This document shows, one piece after another, positions 11,009-23,129 of a stretch of 64,000 nucleotides of DNA. The stretch is from positions 32,001 to 96,000 of the forward strand of contig CAVYQE010000001.1 of assembly GCA_963770565.1 (NCBI GenBank). The letters are read 5' to 3'. This DNA comes from an uncultured Actinomycetota bacterium. GTDB lineage: Bacteria; Actinomycetota; Actinomycetes; JAFAQI01. A program made the position numbers and the translations under genes. The notes under the pieces are model-generated. The model had not been told where the DNA came from. It ran no database searches and worked only from the letters and a program-made list of their open reading frames with translations. Each line of letters starts with the position of its first letter. Within the stretch, counting starts at the first letter, position 1.

Positions 11009-11578
11009 TAGTGGCCAAACAGGCGTTCCCCCGGCAAAGGGCCGGGCGGGGACGCCGCCGCTCCACCGGCCCCGTGCCGGTGGACGGAAACGTTTGGTCA
11101 CTACAACGCCTCCGCTTCACGCTTTCCGCGCGACGTTAGTGGCCAAACATGCGTTCCCCCGGCACAGGGCCGGGCGGGGACGTCCCCGCTCCACCGGCCC
11201 CGTGCCGGTGGACGGAAACGTTTGGTCACTAGTGGCCAAACATGCGTTCCCCCGGCACAGGGCCGGGTGGGGACGCTCTCGCTCCATCGGCCCCATGCCG
11301 GTGGACGGAAGTGTTTGCGCGCTAGTGGCCAAACATGCGTTCCCCCGGCTCAGGGCCGGGCGGGGACGCTCTCGCTCCATCGGCCCCATGCCGGTGGACG
11401 GAAGTGTTTGCGCCACTAGTGGCCAAACATGCGTTCCCCCGGCTCAGGGCCGGGCGGGGACGCCCCCGCTCCACCGGCCCCGTGCCGGTGGACGGAACCG
11501 TTTGGTCACTAGTGGCCAAACATGCGTTCCCCCGGCACAGGGCCGGGCCGGGACGCCGCCGCTCCACCGGCCCCGGGC
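11009..11578. repeat. Tandem array of six 93-bp units with terminal inverted repeats
   Basis: Units start at 11009, 11137, 11230, 11323, 11417 and 11510 with TAGTGGCCAAAC. Most end GTTTGGTCACTA (variant GTTTGCGC(C/G)..CTA). Internal hairpin TCCACCGGC-N5-GCCGGTGGA. Confidence 0.9.
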
Positions 11579-11756
11579 AGCGCTGAGAGTGGGGCAATTG
11601 CCCGGTTCCCCTCTCGACTTGCCCCCGGCGGCGGGCCAGAATGAGGCCGAGACTTCAGCCCTCGCGAGCGGGCCGACGGGCGCGTCCCTTGGCGAGCTGT
11701 CTGCCGGCGCTCGGAGTGAAGCCCCCCGGAGCCGTCGCCGCCCGTCCGAGATTCCG

Positions 11757-13409
11757 ATGCCGAAAGCCACGAGTTACGACGAAGTCCCCTATCCGCGATT
11801 GGCGTTTCCGCTCACGCATCCTTCGCATTTGGGCACGATTGGGCGGCTGTTGGGGATGGCGCCGGCCGCCGTCGAATCGTGTCGCGTGCTGGAACTCGGC
11901 TGCGCGAGCGGCAGCAATCTCGTGCCGATGGCCTATGGTCTGCCGCAGAGCCGGTTCGTGGGGATCGATTTGTCGGAGCGGCAGATCGCCGACGGCCAGC
12001 AGTTCGTCGCCGCGCTGGGCTTGAACAACGTCCGCCTGACGCGGCTCGATATCCGTCAAGCCGGCGAGCAATTGCAGGCCGCAGGGCCGTTCGATTACAT
12101 CATTGCCCACGGCATCTATTCCTGGATTCCCGATCCCGTGAAAGACGCCTTGCTGGCGGCTTGCAACCGGCTGCTGGCGCTCAGCGGGATCGCCTATGTC
12201 AGCTACAACTGCTATCCGGGCTGCCAGGGGCGCGACATGCTCCGGCAGATGAGTCAGTACCACGCCCGCCAGGCCGCCGGCCCGCGCGAATATGCCGCGA
12301 TAACGCGGCAGTTTCTCGAGTGGCTGCGCCAGGGGCTCGGCACCGGCGACGACGCCTATCGCGGCGCGCTGCGGCAGCAGGTCGAGGATCTCGCGCAAGT
12401 GCCCGACGAGGTGCTGTTGCACGACGATCTCGAAGGGGACAACGACCCGCGCTTCTTCCATCAATTCATGGCCCACGCGGCGGAGCACGGCCTGCGCTAT
12501 CTAGGCGACGCCTACTTCGGGCAAATGTTCGGCGCCGGGATCCAACCGGCGGCGCTGGAAAAAATCCGTCATGCGGGCGATCGGCTGGCCTTCGAGCAAT
12601 ACCTCGACTTCCTCTACGGCCGCTCGTTGCGCACGACGCTCTTGTGCCGCGCGGAAATCGGAGTGACCGGCGAGATTGCCTCCGAAGGAGTGCGCCACCT
12701 TTGGATCGCGGGCGCGGCGCGGCCGGTTTCCGCGACGAACGTCCCGCTCGACCTGGCGTCGCTGCGTTTGGACGGCGACGCCCCGATCGTTTTTCGCAGC
12801 GACGAATGCACGCTCTCGGTCGCGACGCCGGTCGGCAAGGCCGCCCTGTTCGAACTGGCGCTGGCCGCGCCGAAACCGATCCGCTTCGAGACGCTGCTCG
12901 ATCGGGTGCGGATTCGGCTGGCGGCCCAGCCGGCGGCCGCGGGCAGTCCGCCGCCTGTCCAGCCGACCACCGAGGGGAATCGCGCCGCGGCCGCCGCGAT
13001 CGAGCGGCAGTTGATCGAAATGACAGTCGAGTGGTTTGCCATGCGGCTGCTGGAATTGCAGGCCGCCTGCCCGCCGATCGCGACCGAGGCCGGCGCGCGG
13101 CCGGTGGCCAGCGCCGTTGCGCGGCATCAAGCGGCGCGGGGCTGGTGGCGCGTCACCAATCTTTTTCACCGCCGGATTCGGCTGGATGGCGAGTTGGGCG
13201 GGCGGATCATCGCGTTGCTCGACGGCCGCCACGATCGGGCCGCGATCGTCGAATCGCTCGTCGAGCCGGTCCGGAGCGGCCAAGTCGTGGTCCGCATCGA
13301 CGGTCGATCGCTGAGCGATCCGGACCGGATTCGTCCGCTTTTGAAAGAGCGGATCGAGGTCTGCCTCGAGGATTTCGCCCGCCATGGATTGTTGATGGAG
13401 CCGGCATGA
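11757..13409 (+). CDS. SAM-dependent methyltransferase with methyltransferase-regulatory domain
   Basis: SYDEVPYP...THPSHL, RVLELGCASGSNL, FDYIIAHGIYSWIP, YVSYNCYPG, EQYLDFLYGRSLRTTLLC. Confidence 0.9.
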   Translation: MPKATSYDEVPYPRLAFPLTHPSHLGTIGRLLGMAPAAVESCRVLELGCASGSNLVPMAYGLPQSRFVGIDLSERQIADGQQFVAALGLNNVRLTRLDIRQAGEQLQAAGPFDYIIAHGIYSWIPDPVKDALLAACNRLLALSGIAYVSYNCYPGCQGRDMLRQMSQYHARQAAGPREYAAITRQFLEWLRQGLGTGDDAYRGALRQQVEDLAQVPDEVLLHDDLEGDNDPRFFHQFMAHAAEHGLRYLGDAYFGQMFGAGIQPAALEKIRHAGDRLAFEQYLDFLYGRSLRTTLLCRAEIGVTGEIASEGVRHLWIAGAARPVSATNVPLDLASLRLDGDAPIVFRSDECTLSVATPVGKAALFELALAAPKPIRFETLLDRVRIRLAAQPAAAGSPPPVQPTTEGNRAAAAAIERQLIEMTVEWFAMRLLELQAACPPIATEAGARPVASAVARHQAARGWWRVTNLFHRRIRLDGELGGRIIALLDGRHDRAAIVESLVEPVRSGQVVVRIDGRSLSDPDRIRPLLKERIEVCLEDFARHGLLMEPA

Positions 13410-14960
13410 CGACGAGCTACGACCAGATCCCGTATCCGCGGCATACCTATTGGTTCACGCATCCCGATCGGCTGGCGACGCTCGGCGCCCTGCATGGGAT
13501 GAATCCGCCGCCGGTGGAGACCTGCCGGGTGTTGGAACTCGGCTGTGCCGCCGGCTCGAATCTGACTCCGATGGCTTATGCGCTGCCGGGGGCGACGTTC
13601 GTCGGCGTCGACATCTCGGCGCGGCAAATCGCCGAGGGGCAACGGTTCATCAACGCGGTCGGGCTCGAGAACATTCAGCTCGCGGCGGTCAACATTCGCG
13701 CGTATCGACGAGAGTTTCGGCCGCTTCGACTATATCATCGCCCACGGAGTCCATTCGTGGGTTCCCGCCGACGTGCAAGAGGCGATTCTGCGGGTCTGCG
13801 GCCGGCATTTGACCGAGCAGGGGGTGGCGCTGGTGAGCTACAACGCCTACCCCGGCTGCCATCTGCGGCAAATGGTGCGCGGGATGGCCCAGTTTCACGT
13901 GCGCGACATCGACGATCCGGCGGAGAAGGTCGGCCAGCTTCATGCGCTGGTGCGGTTTCTCGCGGATTCGCTGAGCGACGACTCCAAAGTCTATCGCCGC
14001 ATCCTGCAGAGCGAAGCCGCGCGGCTGGCGATGCTCAGCGAGCCGTTCATCCTGCACGACGTATTCGAAGACGCCAATCTGCCCGTCTATTTCCATGAGT
14101 TCGTCGCGCAAGCCGCGGCCCACGGTTTGCAATATCTGGCCGAGGCGCTGCCGCTCGACCCGCGGCGGGCCGAGATTGCGCCGGCCTTGCTGGCCGAGTT
14201 CGATCGCGCCGGCGATCCGATCGCCTATGAGCAGCATCTCGATTTTCTCGACGGAACCGCCTTTCGACGCACGCTGATCTGCCGCGATTCGCTGCCGCTC
14301 GATCGCGCAATGCAGGCCCCGCCGCTCGAGCGGTTCTTGATTGCTTCACAGGCCGCTCCGACCGCGGCCGCTCCCGATTTGCACGGCGACGGCTCGGAGG
14401 AATTCGCCGCCCGCAAGGGGCAAATTGCGGCCGCGCTGCGTTGCGACCGGCCGATCGCCAAGGCGGCGCTCGTCACGCTCTTCGAGAGCTTCCCGCGGGC
14501 GTTGCCCTATGCGACGACTTTGAATTCGGCCGCCGAACGGCTCGGCCGGCGTCCAACGCCCGACGACGATCGCGAGTTGCGCGGCGTGTTGCTGGGCGGG
14601 TTCAACGTGGGGGCGATCGAACTTCATCGTTGGCAACCGGCGTTGGCCGATGGCGTCGGTGTTCGCCCCGAAGCCAGTCCGATGGCTCGCTATGAAGTGT
14701 CGCAAGGCTGGGAAGCGACAACGCTCTGGCATGAGCGATTGATTTTGACGCAGGCCGTTTTGCGTCATCTGATCATCAGTCTCGACGGCCACCGCGACCG
14801 CGAGCAAATCGCCGCCGATCTCACTTCCGCCATTCTCGCCGATCAACTTTCGAATCCCGGCGACGCGATGCGCTCGAAATCGGAAATCCGCGGCGAAGTC
14901 GATCGGCAGCTCGAAGCGGCGCTGCGCGATCTGGCCCGCGCGGCCGTGTTGATTGCCTAA
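13406..14960 (+). CDS. Paralogous methyltransferase with regulatory domain (frameshift near 13700)
   Basis: ATGA overlap with upstream gene; MTTSYDQIPYP...RVLELGCAAGSNL then FDYIIAHGVHSWVP, VSYNAYPG, EQHLDFLDGTAFRRTLIC. Confidence 0.85.
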
Positions 14961-15100
14961 AGCGTGCCACTGCTTGGCGGCTGCCGGCGGGCTGCACTGC
15001 TTGCCGCCCGCCGAATACGGCGACTCTCAAAGCATCGTCTACCGCGGCGGACGGCAAGCAGTGGCACGACCGACCTCACCGAACGACCGTGCCACTGCTC

Positions 15101-17048
15101 TCATGGCTCCAGGTCGATCCCGCGATAGAGCGGCAGGTAGCGGTAGTAAATCTCCAGCGTGCAGAGGGCGAGGCTGGTCATATAGATGCGGCCGCCGGTG
15201 CGGGTGTCGATGTCGCCGATCGCGCCGCCGCGCGGGGCCCAGCTTCCCGCGCGATGCCCGGCCCGCTCTTGCATGCGCCAGCAGCGTTTCGCGCATCGCG
15301 GCGTTCCACTGTTGCCAGGCCTCGCCGCCGACATTGTGCATGACTTGCGTGGCGTAGTACCAGTAATAGATATTCGGCCAGCGCGTGTTCGGCAGCGCTT
15401 TGCCGCATCAGGTGGCGGATGCCTTCGCGGAGGCCCGGCTGATCTTCCCGCCAGCCCAGATACTGCCGGCAGAGCAGGCCCTCGGCCGTCATCGTCGGCG
15501 ACGGACTGCGGCCCCGGCTGATAGGCGAACAGGCCCCCGTGGCGGCCAGCCCGCACCGTGTCGAGAAATCGGCCGGCATGGCGGAAAGCCGACTTGGGGA
15601 CTTTGAGATAAGCGTTCTTGCCGCTCTTGCAGCGCCATGAGCTGCCAGCCTTCGACGCTCGTATCCCCCTCTTCGCCCGGATGATAGCGCCAGCCTCCGC
15701 GGCGGTGCTGGGCATGGACGATGAAGTCGATCGCCCGCTGCGCCGCGGGGCGGAGCGACTCGTCGCCCGACATGGCCAGCGCCTCGCAGAGCACGATCGA
15801 GGCCAATCCGTGGGCATACATCCGCCCGCTGCCGGCGCCTTGCAGATCGCCGTCGGGCTTTTGATGCGCGACGATCCATTGCAAGCCATGCTCGATGGAA
15901 TCCCGATACCGGCCCTGATTCGGCGATTGCCCCGCGCCGAGAAAGGGCAACAGCGCCAGGGCGGTCGCGGCCATGTCGGACCGCTCCCCCCTTCGCCGTC
16001 GCATTGGCCGTTGCAATCGCCGACGCGATCGAACCGATCGAGCGACCAACTGCCGTCGCGGGCTTGATGGTGATTGAGCCAGTGCAAACCGGCCGCGACG
16101 GCCGCCTCGGTATGGATCGAACCCCCCTCTTCATCGACCATTTCGCGGCGAATGCGCGGATCGCGCCCTTCGAGCATCCGGCGGCGCGATGGCGTTTTTA
16201 CGGCCGCGATCACTTTCGCCAGCTCGGGCAGACCGCCCCGCGCATCCCGCGGCAGCGCCAGCTCATCCGCGCCGCGTTGGGCCTCGAGATCGGCCGGATT
16301 TCGCGGGATCGCGACGGTGTGGCTGGCGTGGACAGGCTTGTGGGTCGCCGGCGCTGGCTGCAAATGGGCGAGCGGCTTGGCCGTGATCGTGGAGGCGAGA
16401 GCCTGCCGATCGTCGTGCCGGAGCAGCGACCAAAGCCCGTAGGCCGCTCCGGCCGTCAACAGCAACAGGGCCGCCCAAGGCCAAATCGAGCGAAGCGGCC
16501 GACGCGCAGCCGGCGGTGTTTCCAGCGGCCCCGGTCGCACGAGTTTGGCCACCGGCGGGAGCGGAGGGGGAAGTTTCGGCAGCGGCGGCGGCTCGACCGG
16601 ACGCGCCTTGACCAACTTGGCCACGGGCACGCTCGGCGCGGCCGGTACAACCGCCGGCGCCGGCTTTCGAGCTCGTGCCGGATTTCGAAGTGGCACGGGC
16701 CGGTGCGTTGGCGCCGCGGCCTTGGTCACGGGGGGAATCGGCGTAACCCGCGCCGCCAGCAGTCGTTCGGCCTGGCGCTGCTGCTCGAGCGTGAGTTCGA
16801 TACTCGCGCCGCAATGCAAGCAGTCGGCCACCATCAGCCAAACGCGCACCGACATCGTGCGCGCCGCAATCGGGGCAGGCGCAAGCCAAAACATCGCCAT
16901 TGAGCCAAATTGCCGACTTCGCGGCCGCAGCAGCGGCGACTTTCGGGGCGGCTTTGGTCTTGGCCGCCGTTTTGTGCGCGGTGGGCGCCCCTTCGGCTCG
17001 TGGCGAGCCAGTCGTCGAATCGGAATCTTTATGGAGTTCATCCATCAT
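15101..17048 (-). CDS. Membrane-anchored prenyltransferase/squalene-oxidase-repeat protein (frameshifted)
   Basis: N-terminal CPDC/CLHC zinc-ribbon, Pro-rich linker, TM helix, repeats WLNHHQARDGSW, HQKPDGDL, HAQHRRGGWRY, and C-terminal GGRIYMTSLALCTLEIYYRYLPLY. Confidence 0.8.
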
Positions 17049-17355
17049 TCGACACACGATTGGCCGCGATTCGGCGGAATTTCTGCAACGGCGACTCGGC
17101 CCCTTCAACACCGTGCGTTGCGCCCGGCGCAATTCGCCGCCAGGCGGCAGGGCCAGTCGCCCTGTCGTCCGGCGTCCCTGTCGTCCGGCGTCTTTCGGGC
17201 CGCGCAGCGCAGGGCAACCGCCGGTTCCGTTTCCGCGTTTCTCCCGAAAGTCATTTGGCTTGCGGCCCGTAGCGGTTAATATACATGAGGCACGGCACGC
17301 GCTCAAATCGCCCGTGCGCTCGATCGGCAAAAACTTGGAATCGGAAGGGGACCGG

Positions 17356-18298
17356 ATGGCGACGGAGATTCGAAGCTGCGTCGCGGAGTTGGAGGCCAAC
17401 ATGGCCCAGGTCGTCCTGGGCAAACCTCACGTCATTCGGATGTGCATCGTCACACTCTTGGCCGGCGAGCATCTGCTGCTGGAAGACGTTCCCGGCGTCG
17501 GCAAGACCCTGGTCGCCAAGGCGCTGGCCAAGAGCGTCAGCGGCGACTTCTGCCGCATCCAATTCACTCCCGATCTGCTTGCCGAGCGACATCATCGGCA
17601 GCAGCCTGTTTCAGGCCCCCACCGGCGAATTCGTATTCAGCCGCGGCCCCGTGTTCGCCAATATCGTGCTGGCCGACGAAATCAACCGCACGACGCCCCG
17701 CACGCAAAGCGCGCTGCTGGAGGCGATGAGCGATCGGCAGGTCTCGGTCGATGGGCAATCGCATCCCTTGCCGTTGCCCTTCATGGTGATCGCCACGCAA
17801 AACCCGTTCGAATTCGAGGGCACCTATCCGCTGCCGGAAAGCCAACTCGATCGGTTCTTGATGCGGATTTCGATCGGCTATCCGGGGCGGGGCGACGAAT
17901 TGCAGGTGCTCTCGGCGCATCGCGGCGGCGAGCCGGTCGATGCGTTGCGGCCGGTCGTCGATGGCGATCGAATTCGCACGTTGCAGGAATCGGTCCGCCA
18001 GGTCGCCGTCGACGAGGCGATTCAAGAGTACCTGCTCGATATCATCGACGCGACGCGCCGCTGCGACGAGCTGCAGGTCGGCGCGAGCACGCGCGGTGCG
18101 CTCTGCCTGTATCGCGCGAGCCAGGCCCTGGCGGTGATCGAGGGGCGCGATTTCGTGATTCCCGACGACGTGAAGCGGTTGGCCGTGGCCGTGCTCGCCC
18201 ACCGCGTGATTGCCAAGAGCTACGCTCACGCCGGGCAGCGTCACGCCTTGGAGCAGTTGATCGAGCGGCTGGTCGATCGTGTCGCCGTGCCGGAATAG
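17356..18298 (+). CDS. MoxR-family AAA+ ATPase (frameshift near 17583)
   Basis: HLLLEDVPGVGKT, RIQFTPDLL, LADEINR, ATQNPFEFEGTYPLPESQLDRF. Confidence 0.92.
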
Positions 18299-18416
18299 CC
18301 GGCCGTGTCGCCGTGCCGGAACAGCCGGCCGTGTCGCCGTGCCGGAAAGCCGGTCGCGACGCACGCGGATTCCCGTGGCATTGGAACGTTTTCGCCAACC
18401 TCAACCGAAGCCTATT

Positions 18417-19586
18417 ATGTTTTTCCGGGGACGAACGCGATTGACCCGCGAAGGATACTACTTCGTCGTCATCTTGGCGCTGGTGCTGGTGCGGGCGTCG
18501 ATGAAAGACATCAATCTCATGCTGGCTTTCGCCGGGATGATGGTCGGAGCGATCTATTTCAATTGGTTTGCCCTGCGAATCATGCTCCGCAAGCTCACGC
18601 TTCGCCGCCGGCTGCCCGACGCGGTCTCGGCCGGCGAGATGGCGGTGATCGAGTTGGAAGCGTCGAGCCCGCATCGTGCGACGGGCATCGAGGTCGAGGA
18701 CGCCTTCGAGTTGGCCGATTCGCCGCGGCGTGAAGACCACGGCCGCGGCCTGGCGATCTTCCCGCAACTTGTCGGCAGGCAGCCGGCGCGGGTTGCCTAT
18801 CGGGTGCGGTTCGGGCGGCGCGGGCGCTATCGATTCGGGCCGATCCGGGCGACGAGCCGATATCCGTTTCGGCTGATTTCACGGACGATCGCATTCCGGC
18901 AACCGGAGCAGCTCATCGTGCTGCCGCGGCTGGGGCGGTTGACGAGCCGCTGGGCCGGGCTCCGCCGCGCGGCGGAGCCGGGCACGCATCACGTGTTTCA
19001 ACGGCAAGGATTGAGCGAAGGCGATTTCTATGGCATGCGCGATTGGCGCTCCGGCGACAGCAAGCGGCTGATTCATTGGCGCACTTCCGCGCGCCGCGGC
19101 AGCCTCATGGTTCGGCAGTTCGAGCAGCCGCGGAGCGAGAATCTGACGTTGCTCGTCGACCTCTGGCAGCCCAGCGAGCCGACGCCCGCGCAGGAAGAGA
19201 ATGTCGAATTGGCGGTGAGCTTCGCCGCCACCGTCGTAGCCGACACCTGCCGGCGCGGCGGCTGCCGATTGCGGCTGGTCGTGGCGGGCCGCGAACAGGT
19301 CGCCGTCGACGGCGGCGCGTCGCGGGCGTTGGCGGCCGACGCGCTCGCGCGGCTGGCGGTTGCCGAAGCGGCGCCGATCGCGCGCGGCGAATTATTCGAG
19401 CCATTCGGAATCGAGCGTCCGCCGACCGGTCGGCTGGTGCTCATCAGCACGCGCCCCGAGAGTCGCGCGGCTACCGGCGCGGCCGGCGCGCATGCCGCGG
19501 CGCCGCGGCACAGCGGGACGGCGGCGCGGCTGCTGCACATCGACGCCGGCAGCGACCAACTCTTCGAGTATTTCCAAATCGACTGA
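18417..19586 (+). CDS. DUF58 domain protein
   Basis: RRGRYRFGP...RYPF, GDFYGMRDWRSGDSKRLIHWRTSARRGSLMVRQFE; follows the MoxR gene. Confidence 0.88.
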   Translation: MFFRGRTRLTREGYYFVVILALVLVRASMKDINLMLAFAGMMVGAIYFNWFALRIMLRKLTLRRRLPDAVSAGEMAVIELEASSPHRATGIEVEDAFELADSPRREDHGRGLAIFPQLVGRQPARVAYRVRFGRRGRYRFGPIRATSRYPFRLISRTIAFRQPEQLIVLPRLGRLTSRWAGLRRAAEPGTHHVFQRQGLSEGDFYGMRDWRSGDSKRLIHWRTSARRGSLMVRQFEQPRSENLTLLVDLWQPSEPTPAQEENVELAVSFAATVVADTCRRGGCRLRLVVAGREQVAVDGGASRALAADALARLAVAEAAPIARGELFEPFGIERPPTGRLVLISTRPESRAATGAAGAHAAAPRHSGTAARLLHIDAGSDQLFEYFQID

Positions 19587-19589
19587 AAT

Positions 19590-22137
19590 CCCCGGCCCGG
19601 ACCACGGCTCACGATGCGCCTGCCGCAGATTCACCTTCGAACGCCCCCCGCGATTGCCGCAGCCAAGCCGTCGGCGCAGCGCATGCCAAGCCGCCGGCGC
19701 AGGCCCCGCTCGGGGCGGAACGGCTGTTGCAGATCAATGTCGCCCTGCTCGTGCCGTTGGGCGCATTGATGCTGGGCATGGGAGAGCGCAGCATGACGCT
19801 CCCCGCCGTCGTCGGCATCGTGGCGCTGGCTTCGATTTTCGTCACCGATCAATGGGGCTGGTTCCGGCTGAATCGGATGGTGGCCAATGCCGTCGCGATT
19901 TTAGCGACGGTCGCCTCGGTCGTGCTGTTCATCTCCGCGACGAGCGAAGAGCAACTCACGACGATCGCCAATTTGCTGGTCTATCTGCAAATCGTGCTGT
20001 TGCTGCAGAAGAAAAACGTCCGGCTGTATTGGCAACTGCTGGTGCTCAGCGGGTTGGAAGTCGTGGTGGCGACGGCGCTCGATTCGAGCCTGCTGTTCGG
20101 AGCGCTGTTGGTGGTGTATTTGTTCGTGGCGTTGGCCGCGCTGGGATTGATTTTCGTGCTCTGCGAAGCCGAATCCCATGCCGAGCGCGGCGGAGCGCCG
20201 CATTCCGTGGCCGTCCCTCCGTGCGGCGCCGGTCCGCACTGCGCCGGCGCGGTGGCCGCTCGCGCGGGGAATTCGCGTCGTGGCCGAGCCGCCGGCCGAT
20301 CTGTCGCGGCAACTTCTCGGAGCGGGAATCTTCTGGCGGACCACCGGCATCGGGGTCGGCGCTGATCGTCGCCGCTGTCTGCTTCTTCTTTCTACCGCGG
20401 TTCGGCAAGGCGCTCGTCGAGGTCGCCGGTCAGCAGACTCTGATCGGTTACAATCCGACGGTCAAGCTCGGCGACATGGGGCCGCTCTTGCAGAATCCCG
20501 AAATCGTCATGCAGGCCCGCTTTCGCAATGCGGCCGGCGCGCCGCTCGCGCCGACGAGTCCCCCTTTGCTGCGCGGCTCGCTGCTCAATGATTATCATCG
20601 CGGGGAATGGAAGCTCAGCGGCGTCGGCACACGGTCTCGCGATCGGCTTGCCACCGCTCCGGACGATCCCGGCTTGGTCCGCGAACTCATCACGATCGAG
20701 CCGCTCAGCGACCCGGTGCTGTTCGGCGTCTATCCTCCGTATCGCTCCGGGTCGGTGCGGTCGAATCGGCACGTGCGGTACGATCCCGATCGGCAGCGAC
20801 TCGTCCGCACCAATGGCGAGGTGCAATCGCAAGAATTCTCCTATGAGATTCTCACGACCGGATTGGTGAACGGCCGGCAGGTGCGGCTGGTTCCCCTGCT
20901 CGATCCGCGGGAAGTCGCCATGCCCGATCTGTTGCAGCTTCCCGACAAACGGCCGCGGGGCACGGCGGCTTCGCCCGCACCGCCGATCGACCGGCGCGAC
21001 GCGCTCACCGGCCTGCGGGCCTTTGCCGCCCGCACGATCCGCGCGGCGAACATCCCGGCCGGCGATGCCTATGCCGAGGCCCGCGCGCTCGAGCGGGCCC
21101 TCAGCCGGCCGCCGTTCGAATATACGCTCGATCGGCCGCCGGCCACCGCCGGAATCGATCCGATCGAGGATTTCGTCACGCACAATCCGCGGGGGCACTG
21201 CGAATACTTTGCCACGCGCCCTGACGCTGATGCTCCGCAGCCAGGGGATTCCGGCCCGGATGGTGATCGGCTTTCACGGCGGCGATTGGAATCCCAACGG
21301 CTATTATTACGACGTGCGGCAGCTTCATGCCCATGCCTGGGTCGAGGCTTATCTCGATCCGCAACAAGTGCGCAAAGTCGCCGCGGGCGGAAATGCCGCC
21401 CGACCTGTCGTTCGGCGAGGGGGCCTGGCTGATTTTGGATCCGACTCCGGCCGCTCAAGCGGCCGACGCCTCCGCCGAAGGCTCGTTTCTGTCGTCGCTC
21501 GCCGATTTCTCGCACTACGTGCAAATGCTGTGGACGACTTATGTCGTCGGCCTCAATTCCGACCGGCAGGATCGGGCGATTTACCGGCCGCTGTCCAACT
21601 TCGTCCAGGCGCTGAAAAAGCTCGTGACTCATCCGAAACAGGCGGTATCGGACATCGTCGCCCATCTCCGACATTGGCTGTTCGGCGGAGGCAAGCCAAC
21701 CGACAGCCGGTTCGATTGGTATGTGCTGGCGGCCTTGGCGCTGCTGGCGCTGGCCGCTTTTCTTGTCTATCGGCTGGGGCGGCGGATCGTGCGAGCCTGC
21801 CGGCGGGCCGGCAAACGCCGCCGCTCATCGGCCGTCGCCCGCAGCCGCGTCGGATTCTATCGCCGCTTCGAGATGATCTTGGCGCGGCATGGCATCCGCC
21901 GCAAGCAGGGGGAAACGCCGCTCGAGCTGGCCCATCGCGCGGGCCGAGCGTCTGGGCGGCGATCTCGGCCGGCACCGCGCCGCCGCGTTGCCGCCGCGTC
22001 TGGTCGCCAACTTCTACCGCGTCCGCTTCGGCCGCGCCGTTCTCGACCCCGCCGAAACCGATGCGATTGCCCGGATGCTCGTCGAAGTCAACGAAGGACT
22101 GGAGGCGGGACGTGGGGAACGAGGGACGCGGGGCTAG
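19590..22137 (+). CDS. DUF3488/transglutaminase (TgpA-like) membrane protein (frameshifted, start uncertain)
   Basis: Multiple TM helices; catalytic GHCEYFA, LRSQGIPARMVIGF, HAHAWVEAY, DPTP; C-terminal GETPLE (DUF4129-like). Confidence 0.85.
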
Positions 22138-22820
22138 CGACTCTCTCGGCGGGGGTCCGTGGCCCGGCAGCGGCGCGAGTTGGGGACGAGGGAGGTTTGT
22201 CTTCGAGTGCTTGGTGCCATGCCCGCAGCCCGATCTTGCAGAAGCTGCTCGCCAGAAAGCCGAAAAACCCTCCGAGGATCGCCGCCGAGATCGAGCCGAC
22301 GAGCATTTCCGGCGCGGTGGTTCTGGTCCAATAGGCATACGCGAGGCTGCTGAGCGTGCCCCCCAGCGCCGCGCCGGCCAGCGTGAGGATGGTGACCGAT
22401 CGCCCCAGCGGCGTCCGCTCGCGCAGCCGGCTGGGGCCGTTGGCGACTTGATCGGGCAAAGGGGCGCCCCTCGCTGGAGCGGCCTCGCCGTGCGTCGACA
22501 TCGCGGCCTCCTTCGGCGTTGAGCCGCGTTCCCAACGCGTTGCCCACCACATGAAATATCACCAGCAACAAATAGACGCACAGAACAATCGAGGCCAAGG
22601 GCCCGACCTCGCGCATCACGCCGAACAGCAGGCAACAGCCCGTGACCGCGAACATCAACGTCCGCAATCGAAATTGCAGGCCACGCGCCGCAGGCCGCTC
22701 ACGCTCGGGCGCAGGCGACGAAACCGTTGCGGGCGTCAGGTCCGGCACGACCGGTTCGCCGCGCTGCGAGTCAACTCCGCGCTGAGCCGGCTTGGCCGCG
22801 GTGGAAGTCGCTTCCGACAT
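22088..22820 (-). CDS. Membrane protein with QFRLRTL signature (frameshift)
   Basis: LQFRLRTLMFAVT...HVVGNALGTRL; second frame SRLRERTPLG..GGFFGFLASSF. Confidence 0.6.
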
Positions 22821-23129
22821 GCGAGCCCTCGACATTTCATTCGCGGTTCCCCGCCGCCCGTCCGCTACGATCATGGTCGCTACGATCATTGCCGCTACGA
22901 TCATGGCTCGGGTCGCGGGAACACCGTTCGTTTTGCCCGTCCAAATCACTGGGCAAAAACGATACCACCGCGGCCATGCCACCGGTGGGCATTATAGCAG
23001 CCGCTCTGGCGGCGGCGAAGCGGGGCCATCGAGGAGCCTGTCCGAGACCGGCCGCGGCGAGGGGGCCAGTGGTCGATCGGCCGAAAGGGGTCGGGAGTCG
23101 AATTTCGCCCGGTGAACGACCCGTAGAGC

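Noticed and set aside
11094-11756. Repetitive N-terminal extension of the methyltransferase
   Set aside because: It arises from the 93-bp DNA repeat. The family-typical start is MPKATSYDEVPY at 11757.
18279-18353. Triple 26-bp repeat at the MoxR gene 3' end (and 15-18-bp triplets at about 22862 and 26064)
   Set aside because: Simple local slippage duplications with no further structure.
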